Shown here: positions 54,257-64,000 of the stretch, one piece after another | Layout of the letters: the number at the start of each line of letters is the position of its first letter | How positions within the stretch are numbered: the first letter of the stretch is position 1 | Origin: Candidatus Marinacidobacterales bacterium | GTDB taxonomy: Bacteria; Acidobacteriota; Vicinamibacteria; Marinacidobacterales; DATDRI01 | Assembly (NCBI GenBank): GCA_965219415.1 | Contig: CBDCNP010000002.1 | Coordinates: forward strand, 3,232,001-3,296,000 | Reading direction: 5' to 3' | DNA length: 64,000 bases | The notes under the pieces: model-generated | What the model was told of the DNA's origin: nothing | The model's database searches: none | Seen by the model: only the letters and a program-made list of their open reading frames with translations | Made by a program: the position numbers and the translations under genes

Positions 54257-55455
54257 GTTTCCCGGATCTACTGCGCTACGCGGTCCGTGCCCTGGTGGGG
54301 CGTCGCTTGCGCGCCGTGTTGAGCCTGCTGGGAATGGCGATCGGCGTCGCGTCGGTAGTGGTGCTGACCGCGTTGGGTCAAGGAGCGCTCACCTACGTCT
54401 CCGATCAGTTCGGAAACATCGGCACCAATATCCTAATCGTGGTTCCCGGAAAAACGGAGACCACGGGAGGTTTTCCGGGGGCGGGTGGCACACCGAACGA
54501 CCTGACGCTCGACGACTTCGAAGCGCTGGTCCGCAGCATGAGGGAAGTGCAACGAGCCGCACCGATCGCGATGGCCACCGCCGCCGTCTCCCATGGAGAA
54601 CGTTCACGGCAGGTGGCGGTCGTGGGCACGACCGATCAGTTTCTGGCGGTTCGCAATCTGGCGCTGGGGCGAGGACGGTTTCTACCCGAGGGGGAGATCG
54701 ATCGCGGGACGGCGGTCGCGGTCATCGGAGAGAGAGTAGCCCGGGAGCTCTTCCCCGCACAGGACCCGTTAGGCGAGGTCATTCGAATCGACGACGCACG
54801 CATGAGAGTGATCGGACTCCTGGCCCCGAAAGGAGTGCAGCTCGGTCTCGATCTCGACGACATGGTGGTGGTTCCGGTTTCGTCGGCGATGCGCCTATTC
54901 AATCGCAGTACCCTTTTTCGCATTATCTTGGAAGTTCGGCCCACTGCCGATCTCGGACTCGCCTGCGACAAGGTCACACGAATCATGGCCGAGCGTCATG
55001 ATGAAGAAGACGTCACCTGTATCAGGCAGGACGCGGTGGTCGAGACGTTCTCTTCTATTCTCGGAACACTGACCTTGGTGCTGGTGGCGATCGCCTCGAT
55101 CTCTCTCACCGTTGCCGGCATCGGGATCATGAACGTCATGCTGGTATCGGTCTCGGAGCGTAGGCCAGAAGTCGGTTTGTTGAAAGCAGTGGGTGTCGCG
55201 CCCAGGCAGATTATTGCGGTGTTCGTAACCGAGGCCGCCCTGCTGTCGACCGCGGGAGGTCTCGTGGGCCTTGCAATCGGTTGGTTGGTGGTCACGGTAC
55301 TGGTCGGAATCTATCCCGATCTGCCGGCGAGCCCGCCGGCCTGGGCGGTGGCCGCTGCGTTGGCTGTCTCCACGGTCGTTGGAATGATTTTCGGCGTGCT
55401 ACCCGCTCGTCGCGCCGCTCGCCTCGACCCCATCACCGCGTTGGCCCGCCGGTAG
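54253..55455 (+). CDS. MacB-like ABC permease
   Basis: LGMAIGVASV, GIGIMNVMLVSVSER, PARRAARLDPI. Confidence 0.95.
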   Translation: MSFPDLLRYAVRALVGRRLRAVLSLLGMAIGVASVVVLTALGQGALTYVSDQFGNIGTNILIVVPGKTETTGGFPGAGGTPNDLTLDDFEALVRSMREVQRAAPIAMATAAVSHGERSRQVAVVGTTDQFLAVRNLALGRGRFLPEGEIDRGTAVAVIGERVARELFPAQDPLGEVIRIDDARMRVIGLLAPKGVQLGLDLDDMVVVPVSSAMRLFNRSTLFRIILEVRPTADLGLACDKVTRIMAERHDEEDVTCIRQDAVVETFSSILGTLTLVLVAIASISLTVAGIGIMNVMLVSVSERRPEVGLLKAVGVAPRQIIAVFVTEAALLSTAGGLVGLAIGWLVVTVLVGIYPDLPASPPAWAVAAALAVSTVVGMIFGVLPARRAARLDPITALARR

Positions 55456-55464
55456 GGTTAGAAG

Positions 55465-56661
55465 ATGCGGGATCTATTGACGTTCGCTTTCGGTGCCCTG
55501 GCCCGTTATCGATTGCGCTCGATGCTTTCCATGCTCGGGATTGCCATCGGTATCGGTTCGGTCATTCTGCTGACGTCGATAGGTGAAGGGACCCGCCTGT
55601 ATGTCCTCGATCAGTTCACTCAGTTCGGGACCAACCTATTGCAAATCAATCCCGGCAAGGCGGAGACGATGGGTATCCCGGGCGTTTTGGGAGGGACAAC
55701 GCACAAACTGTCGATCGGCGACTCGCTTGCCATTTCTCGCCTTCCTCAGGTTGAGACGGTTGTGCCACTGGCCTTCGGGATGGCACGCGTCGAGGCGGAA
55801 GGACGTGGGCGTAGCGTGTACATCTACGGTGTGACCCCCGATGTGCCCGCGGTTTGGAAGTTCCACGTGAGGCAGGGCTCGTTCTGGCCCGCAGCCGATC
55901 CGCGGCGTGGCCATTCGATGGCGGTACTGGGGCCTCAGCTCAAGCGGGAGCTCTTTGGAAACGCCAACGCGCTCGGTGGTTTCGTTCGCATCGGTGGAAC
56001 GCGCTTCCGAGTGGTGGGGGTTATGGAGCCCAAGGGGCAGTTTCTAGGTTTCGATATCGACGACGGAGCCTACATACCGGTGGCTTCCGCGATGAGGATC
56101 TTCAATCAGGATGAGCTTCAGGAGATCGATGTCGTTTTTTCGAGCTCTGCCTCTGTCGACGCGATAGTAGATCGCATTACTCGTCTTTTGATCGATCGAC
56201 ACCGCGGCAACGAAGACTTCACCATCACGACGCAGGCGGCGATGATGGATGTGTTTGGCAACGTCATGAACATCATTACCATGGCGGTCGGCGCCATCGC
56301 TGCGATCTCACTGCTCGTCGGCTCCATCGGAATTCTGACCATGATGTGGATCGCAGTAGGAGAGCGCACCGCCGAGATTGGATTGATTCGTGCTATCGGC
56401 GCTTCACGACGGCAGGTGCAGACGGTGTTCCTCGTGGAAGCGGGAGCGCTTGCCACGGTGGGAGGCCTCGCGGGTTTGCTCGGGGGGTTGGGAGTCTGCG
56501 CTCTCCTCCGAGGGTTCGTTCCTGGCCTACCGGTTCACACCCCGGTGCTCTGGGCGGTCTTGGCGGTATTGATTAGCTTCACCACCGGCTTATTGTCCGG
56601 TGTGGCGCCGGCGCGTCGCGCCGCCTCACTCGATCCCATCGAGGCGCTCCATACCGAGTAG
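55465..56661 (+). CDS. MacB-like ABC permease
   Basis: LGIAIGIGSV, ERTAEIGLIRAIGA, PARRAASLDPIEAL. Confidence 0.95.
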   Translation: MRDLLTFAFGALARYRLRSMLSMLGIAIGIGSVILLTSIGEGTRLYVLDQFTQFGTNLLQINPGKAETMGIPGVLGGTTHKLSIGDSLAISRLPQVETVVPLAFGMARVEAEGRGRSVYIYGVTPDVPAVWKFHVRQGSFWPAADPRRGHSMAVLGPQLKRELFGNANALGGFVRIGGTRFRVVGVMEPKGQFLGFDIDDGAYIPVASAMRIFNQDELQEIDVVFSSSASVDAIVDRITRLLIDRHRGNEDFTITTQAAMMDVFGNVMNIITMAVGAIAAISLLVGSIGILTMMWIAVGERTAEIGLIRAIGASRRQVQTVFLVEAGALATVGGLAGLLGGLGVCALLRGFVPGLPVHTPVLWAVLAVLISFTTGLLSGVAPARRAASLDPIEALHTE

Positions 56662-57774
56662 CGCATAAGCTTCACAGATCACTCTGTCCGGAAAGAGTGG
56701 AAACGACGGCTTCGGTTCACGGACCCGGTCGGCGGAACGGCGGTACCGCTCCATCTTGTCTTTGCCGTAGTCCATCTCCGCCATGTAGAGATTGTGCGGA
56801 CGACATAGAAGTCTGACATTGTCGGCACTTCGATCGCCCCCGAGCCCATGGGGGTCGTCGTGATGGAACTGTAGCCCTAGGCGTTCGGGACATCGTCTAC
56901 CGTCGCCACTCTCAAACGTGCATTGACCCTGGTCGCGCTCCCACACGAAGCGCCTCACAGGAGCGGGAATTGCTCGCCCTCCCGGCGACGTGTCGGCTTC
57001 TTCGAGTCTCTTTCTCGGATTCTTGACTTTGCCGAGACGCTTGGCCTCCAGCCGTTCGATTTTTTCCGTCACGGACGCTTCGAGCATGGAAGCGAGGTCG
57101 GCACCCGGCATGAGCGCGGCGAGCCGTTGGAGCTTCTCGTGAAGCTCGGCGCTCGCGGTGAACTGCACTTTGTAGCGCGCAGGTGCCAGCGGCTCGACGA
57201 CCGGAGGCTTGTCAGCCGCTTCGGGAGCCGGGGCCCGCTCAGGTTCAGGGGCTGGACTCTTTCCGGACGGAGTACTTTCGGCGCCTGACGTACGGTGTTC
57301 GCTTTCCGGCTTCTGTCGCCGCTTCGGAAGCTTCCGGATGGAGGGCGAGACATCCGGTTTCGGCGTAATCTCCGCCATCATCACCGGGAGCTCGCGCTTG
57401 GTCCTGTGAGTTGCTCGAGTCAAGAGCTCCTCGCAATTGGTGTCGGTAAGATGCGGCGCCAGCACCGCGATGCCGCTCAAGTGAAGACGCCCATCGTCGG
57501 GCATCGTCAGCAGCGCCGGATGTCGGCGCGATGCACGTGCGGCGGCTATGCGTAGGTAGGCTTCTGCCTCGGACAAGTGCAACACGTCGACGCAATACTG
57601 AAACATCGATGACGATGCTTCACGGGCATACAGTCGGCGTGCGTCGACTTCGGCGATATGCGCAACGAGAACCGACTCGACACGCCGCGACTGTTTCAAA
57701 ACGTTCGACAGTCGAACAAGAAGCTCATCATCCGATAGTCGGGAAAGTGATTTCAATCCGTATTTTTTGCTCAT
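56626..57774 (-). CDS. DUF222/13E12-like HNH endonuclease domain protein
   Basis: LSDDELL, HIAEVDARRLY, LSEAEAYLRI; RAIPAPVRRFVWERDQGQC..FHH..GG..NVRLLCRPHN. Confidence 0.85.
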   Translation of the reverse strand: MSKKYGLKSLSRLSDDELLVRLSNVLKQSRRVESVLVAHIAEVDARRLYAREASSSMFQYCVDVLHLSEAEAYLRIAAARASRRHPALLTMPDDGRLHLSGIAVLAPHLTDTNCEELLTRATHRTKRELPVMMAEITPKPDVSPSIRKLPKRRQKPESEHRTSGAESTPSGKSPAPEPERAPAPEAADKPPVVEPLAPARYKVQFTASAELHEKLQRLAALMPGADLASMLEASVTEKIERLEAKRLGKVKNPRKRLEEADTSPGGRAIPAPVRRFVWERDQGQCTFESGDGRRCPERLGLQFHHDDPHGLGGDRSADNVRLLCRPHNLYMAEMDYGKDKMERYRRSADRVREPKPSFPLFPDRVICEAYALLGMERLDGIE

Positions 57775-58023
57775 GCGTTCTTATAGCACGGACTTTTTTG
57801 ACGCTCTGTGCTCGCGCGTGTTGAACGCGAACGCACCGAGACACTTTCGAAGTCTATCCAAACAAACGAGCGTGCCTGTCGTTTCTCTATCGCGCACAGA
57901 TCCACTCCAGATCGTACCCGCCATGTTTTTGATGTCGCTTTGAAAACGCTGTCAAGCAAAAAGCGAATTATTTTTCTCAGCGACCTTTATTCTTGCAAGC
58001 CGCGTACTCCGTCCGGACGGAGT
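56681..58023. mobile_element. putative HNH-associated element marked by three 18-bp palindromes
   Basis: ACTCTGTCCGGAAAGAGT at 56681, ACTCTTTCCGGACGGAGT at 57256, perfect ACTCCGTCCGGACGGAGT at 58006; mobility is inferred. Confidence 0.45.
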
Positions 58024-58170
58024 TGTCAGACGCGTGCGCAAAATCGGATCCGACCCATGTGCGCAGGCCCATGCGTAGGGCCGCTTAACAGCTCCTCGAG
58101 AGCGATCCCCGAATCAGCAAGCTGCACAATTGCTGCACAGTGGCCGGGAGCACTCCACACCGGTGTGACG

Positions 58171-59534
58171 CTACTTGGGCTCTTCCTCCTTTTGCGTGAC
58201 GAACACGTTCGGGATCTCGATGTCTTCCGTTAGAGGCCACTCACGTACCAGCTCCGGTTTGTGGCCCTCCGGATACCACAAGTCGGGTCTATCTCGTTGG
58301 CTTCGATGGGTCTCGTTGATGACGTCATAGATTTGATGCTTTGGAGCAGGGAACGTGATGGTCTCGCTCGTGAATACGGGCCTTGGGGTCTGTGCCGAAT
58401 CTGTCGCTACGCCGTCGCGCCACCATATCTTGCCGCCGCTGTGGATATTAAAAGTCACGAGATCCGGCGCTCCAAAGGCGAACGCTCCCTTCCAGTGGTG
58501 TCGGACTTCCGCTACCGTCTCGTTGTTGAAAACATCGTCGTAGCTGTAGTGCGACGCTACGCATACCCTTGGTGCCGCCTCCTTGCATATGTAGCCGAGA
58601 CCATATCCGGGCGTGTGCGACGTGTCGATTGTGTGGGCGCTCATAGCTGGCGGCATCCCTGAGCCTGCGACGTCAGGGAGATGGTGGCCGTCTGCACTTC
58701 GCTGATCAGCATGTCCACGCCCTTGCAATATTTAATGGTCAGGCTGTTGGGCCGGTTGTCGCCGGTGTAGCAAAGACTCCGACCGTTCCAGTCCAACCTG
58801 TGGCTGGAAGCGCCGTCCTTGGTGTGGGAGGTCGGCCAGTGAGTGATCTTCACGCCGTTTCGGTCGTAGGCGACCCCACCTTCGTCCATGTAGTCGAATT
58901 CATGCACGACCGGATTGTAGCCTTCCCCAATCGGAAAACCGTTGAAGCTGTCCTGATGCCAGGCGGTCATCTCCATCATGCGATTGATCATGTGATCGAT
59001 GCCATACTTCGGCTCGGAGCCGCTGGGGCCATAGATCGAAAGCGGCGTCCATCCTCCCATGAACCCCCGGAACATCATGAAGTAAGGGAGGTCACTCATA
59101 TGATCCATGTGCAGGTGAGTGAAGAAGACGTGATTGATCGCATTGAAAGGAACGCTGAACGAGTTGTAGTTGCGCAGCGACCCGATACCGAGGTCGAACA
59201 CGAAGTTGTCCCCATTGCCGAGTTCCACGAAAATGCTCATTCCCGATTGCGACTGATTTGGATAGAAGGTGGAGCCCATGAAGATTACTTGGACTTCGTC
59301 GGGTTGGAGATCTTCGGTTCCGGGGTAGTACAGCATCGCAGCCTTGAAATGCTTCGCAGGCATCACGTGCGGGGACATCGTTTCGCCCTCGGTCCACTTG
59401 TCGCTCGGAATTCCGGCTGTACCGAAAAACTGCATCGCCTTCTGAAGTTCGTCTTCTTGGGCGATTCCGAGGGTGGGGACGAGCACCACCGTCAGGACCG
59501 CGACTGTCCGCATGAGAGACTTCGTTTCTATCAT
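58171..59534 (-). pseudogene. secreted MBL-fold hydrolase (RNase Z/AtsA/GntH-like), frameshifted near 58650
   Basis: YYPGTEDL, FDLGIG, THLHMDH, HTKDG, YTGD, SHT, ASHY; GGAGG SD before ATG 59534. Confidence 0.8.
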
Positions 59535-59737
59535 CCAATCCTCCATCAACAGGAAATCTTGGCCAAGCCATCACAAAAGAGTAGCTGTTACGTGATGCGA
59601 CAACAAGAACGGCCAAGAATCGTATCAGGCTCTGACTACCGCCGGTATCGGGGAAACTACTGGTTTTCACCGTAACAATTACGGGTAGGCCAGGCGAAAC
59701 TACGCCTAACGCATCGGAGTTCCTGGGCCCGTCTGGC

Positions 59738-60655
59738 TCAATGCTCTCCGGCTGTCGAACGATGGGCGGCGAGAGCTACTCCGACGATGACCAGAGCTGC
59801 GCCGGCGAGGAGTCGAGGGTGCAGTAGCTCCTCGCCTCGAAGGATACCTACCCCAACCGCGATCAAAGGAATGATGTACGCAGTCAGGGCTAAACGTTTC
59901 GCTGGAATAAAGGTGAGCAGCCAGTAATAGAGAAAAAACGTCACCGCCGACCCGCAGATCGCAAGGTAAAGTAAGGCACCGATGGACTCCGAGTTCCAAA
60001 CGAGAGTCTTCCCACGCTCGAGCCACAGCGCGATGCCTCCCATGATCACCGCGGTGACGGCCATGGGTCCTCCGGCAAGCGAGAACGGATGGATATCCGT
60101 TCCCCAACGTTTGACGACGACGGTGCCGAAGGCGGCCGATATCGAGGAGAGCAACATCACTAGCGCCCCGGCATAGACGTTTTCTCCACCGAGCGCCGCG
60201 AGGTCTTCGGAGAAGATCACCCCGACGCCGGCAAACCCGACGACGATGCCGAGGATCTCGCCGAGGGCCAATTTCTCCCCGGGAAGGACGAAATGGCCAA
60301 CGCCCGTTACTACGAGTGGATAGATAGCGAACAAGATAGCCGCTAGACCCGAGGGCACCCATTGTTCGCTCCAACAGACGGCGCCATAAGCGATGGTGAA
60401 AGAGAGAATGCCATTTGCGAACCAGATGGTGATCTCTTTGCGCGTCTTACCGACCTTGATTCCTAGGGCGGCGGCCACAGCGAAAAGAAGTGCGGAGGCG
60501 AGCGCGAATCGGATGGCAACGCCGCTGAAGGGTGGGGTGCCGCGTAGCCCCACCGAAATGACCGCCCAGGTCGTGCCCCAGATCAGACAAACGACGGTAA
60601 AGGCCAGAACAATAAGCAATGTGCCGGGCGCACGTCTTGCGGGTGAGGCGAGCAT
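59738..60655 (-). CDS. EamA/DMT family transporter
   Basis: IWGTTW, IRFALA, VPSGLAA, YLAICGS; about 10 TM helices. Confidence 0.9.
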   Translation of the reverse strand: MLASPARRAPGTLLIVLAFTVVCLIWGTTWAVISVGLRGTPPFSGVAIRFALASALLFAVAAALGIKVGKTRKEITIWFANGILSFTIAYGAVCWSEQWVPSGLAAILFAIYPLVVTGVGHFVLPGEKLALGEILGIVVGFAGVGVIFSEDLAALGGENVYAGALVMLLSSISAAFGTVVVKRWGTDIHPFSLAGGPMAVTAVIMGGIALWLERGKTLVWNSESIGALLYLAICGSAVTFFLYYWLLTFIPAKRLALTAYIIPLIAVGVGILRGEELLHPRLLAGAALVIVGVALAAHRSTAGEH

Positions 60656-60905
60656 GACCCGCCAAGTGTAACCATTTCGTTCCGTGGTGGCTGGTGAATG
60701 CTCCGGGTAAATGGCGAAATGACTTGTCCCGATCACATGACCGGTAGCGGACAAACCGGTCCCAGCGGCGAACAACCCGGGCGTCGCCTTCGCGGACCCG
60801 TTCGCCCTATCTCGCTGATTTCTAAGCCCGAATGTGTCGGTGTCTCATGGCATGACCCGTGCATTTGTAGATTCTCTACAGGAAGCGTAGAAAGGGGTAG
60901 GACTC

Positions 60906-61616
60906 ATGAAACGAAGAGATTTCATCGCCGGGAGCGGTGCTTTGGTCGCGGGGGTCACGGCCGCCGGAGTCGGGAAGGCCTTCGAGAAAAGAGAAACGGG
61001 AGATTTTCCCCGGATCGAACACCTCGCCGATGAAAAGATCGGTGTCGCAGTCGCGATGGCAAACGGTGCGACGGTGATCGATTTTGCGGGGCCATGGGAA
61101 GTGTTTCAGGATGTCATGATTCCGAGCCCGGACGGAACGCGGTCGCCTTTCGAGCTCTTCACCGTCGGTGAAAGCCGTGAGCCGGTGCGTGCGACCGGCG
61201 GTCTCAACATCATCCCCGATTACACTTTCGAGACGGCGCCGACCCCGAACGTCATCGTGGTTCCCGCTCTTCGCGGCTCGGAGGCTCTCTTGGATTGGTT
61301 GAGGAAAACTCACGAGAAGTCCGATATCACCACGTCTGTTTGCACCGGTGCGTTCCAACTCGCGCGGGCGGGGCTTCTGGACGGCAAGTCTGCGACCACC
61401 CACCACGACTTCCTAGACCGGCTAGAGAGCGATTTCCCCGAGGTCGACGTGAAACGGGGCGTTCGGTTGGTGGACAACGGAGACATCGCGACCGCCGGGG
61501 GGCTTACGTCCGGCATCGACATGGCTTTGAGAGTCGTGGCGCGATACTTCGGCCCGGAGGTTGCCGAGACAACGGCGGTCTACATGGAATACGAAGGAAA
61601 AGGCTGGAGGTCGTAA
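60906..61616 (+). CDS. DJ-1/PfpI family protein with Tat signal
   Basis: MKRRDFI; [31 protein letters not shown]. Confidence 0.9.
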   Translation: MKRRDFIAGSGALVAGVTAAGVGKAFEKRETGDFPRIEHLADEKIGVAVAMANGATVIDFAGPWEVFQDVMIPSPDGTRSPFELFTVGESREPVRATGGLNIIPDYTFETAPTPNVIVVPALRGSEALLDWLRKTHEKSDITTSVCTGAFQLARAGLLDGKSATTHHDFLDRLESDFPEVDVKRGVRLVDNGDIATAGGLTSGIDMALRVVARYFGPEVAETTAVYMEYEGKGWRS

Positions 61617-61618
61617 TA

Positions 61619-62198
61619 ATGAGAGCACTCTGGCAGGACCTGCGTTACGGCGCGCGCGTGCTCGCGTCTAGACCCGGAATTACCGCCATCACCATCGTTA
61701 CCCTGGCGATCGGAATTGGGGCCAATACGGCCATCTTCAGTGTCGTCCATGGGGTCTTGTTACAACCCCTTCCCTACGAGGAGCCGGATCGTCTAGTTCT
61801 CGTCCGTGCCGACGCCGAAGGACTCGAGTCGATCGCTTCTATTTCGGCGCCCGAGCTCCGAGACCTCCAAGAGCGAAGTCGGTTGTTCGAGGAGTTCGGT
61901 GGCGTATGGTCGCAGCAGGCGAGCATCGTCGACGATGAGCCAGAGCAGATCTGGCACGCTTGGACGACCGCAAACCTCTTCTCTTTGCTCGGGAAGGATC
62001 CCATCCTCGGGAGACACTTCTTGCCGGAGGAGGAAGCCGAGAACGGCCCCGACGTAATGATTCTTGGATACGGGATCTGGCAGCGCCGGTACGGTGGTGA
62101 TCCGAAAATCGTCGGGAAACCCATACAACTTGATGACACCGTTCGTACGGTGGTCGGAGTGATGCCGGAGGGTTTTCGAATTCTTTTGGGAGACGATA
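61619..62198 (+). pseudogene. 5' fragment of an ADOP-type ABC permease
   Basis: [39 protein letters not shown]; homology stops at the inverted repeat at 62199. Confidence 0.85.
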
Positions 62199-62267
62199 GG
62201 CGTTGTTGCACGGCCCGGCGCAAATCGCTGACCTCCCTGTGCCGGCCAAGAGCGGTGCAACAACGCC
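62199..62267. mobile_element. 69-bp MITE-like element with perfect 13-bp terminal inverted repeats (IS6-like ends)
   Basis: GGCGTTGTTGCAC at 62199-62211 and GTGCAACAACGCC at 62255-62267; both flanking genes break at its ends; no target duplication. Confidence 0.65.
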
Positions 62268-63160
62268 GCTCAAAGTCGATGTATCCATGCTCCATGGCTT
62301 CGACGGCCTCAACGACCTCTGTGTTTCCCTCCACAACATTCGTTTTGCCGTAGTTCATGTGGAGTCCGAGCTCGCCCAAAAGGTCATTCAGTCGCAGCTG
62401 AGCCTTCCCTCAGCTCGCGCGGGTCGTGCCCAAAGAGCCAGATGTCATCCATCCACCTGACCGCTCGGGTGTCGAAGTGTTTGATGAGATCCGAATCGTC
62501 CGGCAGCTTGAAAGTTGCAAGGAAGTCGTCAACGGGACTTAAGTACATATTCGCTAGAACGGACGAGCTGCGGAAGCGTTGCGGCAACCCTGAGCGAAGG
62601 AATATGCGGTCCCATTCTTCAAGAAGCTGGCCAATGCGTCTGACGACGTCTCCTGTACCGGCTCTCGATTCTAAAGCTTCGATGACCCTGGAAACCGGCA
62701 CGGATGCGAAGAACGACACGATGTCCGTTTTGAGAACAGACGACGACTCGATGGCAAGTCGCCGCAATCGGCAGCGGTAGTTATCCCATTGCCAAGCGGT
62801 TCGTGCGTAAATGCCATTCTTTGGCTTATCCGGAACCAAGCGCCAACCGAAGACAAAGTCCTTCAGCGCCCCGATGGCGGACTTGCTGACGGTATCGACG
62901 AGACTTTGGTAAACGAGGCGGTCGACGGGGTCAATGACTACGGCGGGTCGGACACCAAAGTTTGGTTTGGGTACATTGATACGCGAAGCTCGCCCGACCC
63001 CGGTCCCATCCAAACGAGCGAGCAGCTGCTGACCATCTTGCTCATTGACAATCCACGCGAGTTCGGGCCATCCCCACGGGTCATAGAACCAGTCGCCAAT
63101 GATGTCAGTACGACAGTTGTCGAGGGCTCGCTTGATATCGATGACGCTGAGCCAATCCAA
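62268..63160 (-). pseudogene. reverse transcriptase, UG/Abi-like, frameshifted near 62405 and truncated
   Basis: VPKPNFGVRP, LKTDIVSFF, GLPQ..SSVLANMYL, RWMDDIWLF, then [10 protein letters not shown] in the next frame. Confidence 0.85.
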
Positions 63161-63501
63161 CCGTGGTCTCCGTCGGCGCGGCGGTGAACGTTGCTAATGC
63201 GGCACGCCAGGCACGCCCCATGTGCAGCCGGCTGGATTCCACCAGGTGAGCGCTGAGGACGCGGCGTTCCGTGAAGAGCTTGATATCCTCCGTAAACTCA
63301 TCTTATCAAGTTCAGAGCAGAATGCAGGAAATGTGGATCGTTTCCCAGCGGGAGCAGCGAAATGACATTGGGGTCGTTGTGTGACACCCGCTTGTGCTTC
63401 TAGCCGTCGCTGGCGAGGCGCAGGCGCGAGCATAGAACTTCCAGAAGCCCCACCGTGGTGGATGCCAGTTCTCCCGTCTCAGAAAAAGGGAGATCGAGAT
63501 C

Positions 63502-63698
63502 ATGGCAAATGAACGTCAGACACAAGTGATAGACAGCATTATCCAGCAGGTGAAAGACAGCATTTTGAGTGACTCCTCCGTCATATTTATTCAGAAAGAC
63601 GAGTCGGATGAAACAATCGTCGGTTCCGGAACGTTAGTTTCAATCGGCGATACCACCGCGATCCTGACTGCTGATCATGTCTTAGAAAAACTTCCGGG
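63502..63698 (+). pseudogene. N-terminal fragment of a trypsin-like serine protease
   Basis: GSGTLV..ILTADHV catalytic-His motif; interrupted at 63699. Confidence 0.6.
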
Positions 63699-63859
63699 TG
63701 CTTCCGCTGTTTACTGTTGGTAATATGTACGCATCCCTTTGCAAAAGAGGCACTTACGCTCCATTTAGCGCGCGGGGAAGGTCACAAGCGCTATTTTGAC
63801 TGTAACTTAATGCACTGTAAGTCTTAGCGTCATCTCACCAACACTTGATGGCGGAAGCA
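63699..63859. mobile_element. 161-bp MITE-like element with imperfect ~25-bp terminal inverted repeats
   Basis: left end TGCTTCCGCTGTTTACTGTTGGT; reverse complement of right end TGCTTCCGCCATCAAGTGTTGGT; AT-rich interior. Confidence 0.6.
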
Positions 63860-63860
63860 C

Positions 63861-64000
63861 CACTTCGTCCGATCGCACGGAGCTCTGAAGTTCGGACGTG
63901 AGATCCGAACTCCGGCTATGCAGGCCGGTCTGACCACGCGACGGCTCACCTTTCGAGACATCTTCTTGGCGACGACGATTCCTTTGTGGTCGCGGATCGA
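63861..64000 (+). mobile_element. C-terminal remnant of an IS1/IS6-like DDE transposase
   Basis: HFVRSHGALKFGREIRTPAMQAGLTTRRLTFRDIF resembles the NFxRxH..RTPAMxAGL transposase tail. Confidence 0.6.

Noticed and set aside
62199-62267. integron attC site
   Set aside because: The order is GTT..AAC rather than AAC..GTT, and there is no integrase or cassette array.
63161-63500. retron msr/msd upstream of the RT
   Set aside because: No convincing a1/a2 inverted repeat or long msd stem seen by eye; left open pending covariation analysis.

Overview
GC-rich bacterial DNA. The gene content suggests Acidobacteriota, probably Vicinamibacteria-like (ADOP-type duplicated permeases, wHTH-TolB-TPR regulators, a DUF4388 kinase); this is inference only. 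There are about 50 mostly accessory genes: exported hydrolases, peptidases, transporters, purine-salvage enzymes and a multicopper-oxidase operon. Many are broken by frameshifts, in-frame stops or internal deletions, so the window reflects an error-prone assembly, real gene decay, or both. No rRNA, tRNA or CRISPR array was seen. Most notable: (1) an 18-bp palindrome (ACTC-NN-TCCGGA-NN-GAGT) lies upstream of, inside and at the 3' end of a DUF222-like HNH gene, and two more degenerate copies bracket a 5-kb array of three wHTH-TPR regulators; (2) a stand-alone UG/Abi-like reverse transcriptase with a WMDD motif is cut by a 69-bp element with IS6-like ends; (3) an operon holds two near-identical His-rich LVIVD propellers, a small secreted protein and a multicopper oxidase; (4) a candidate structured small RNA near 11.8 kb.
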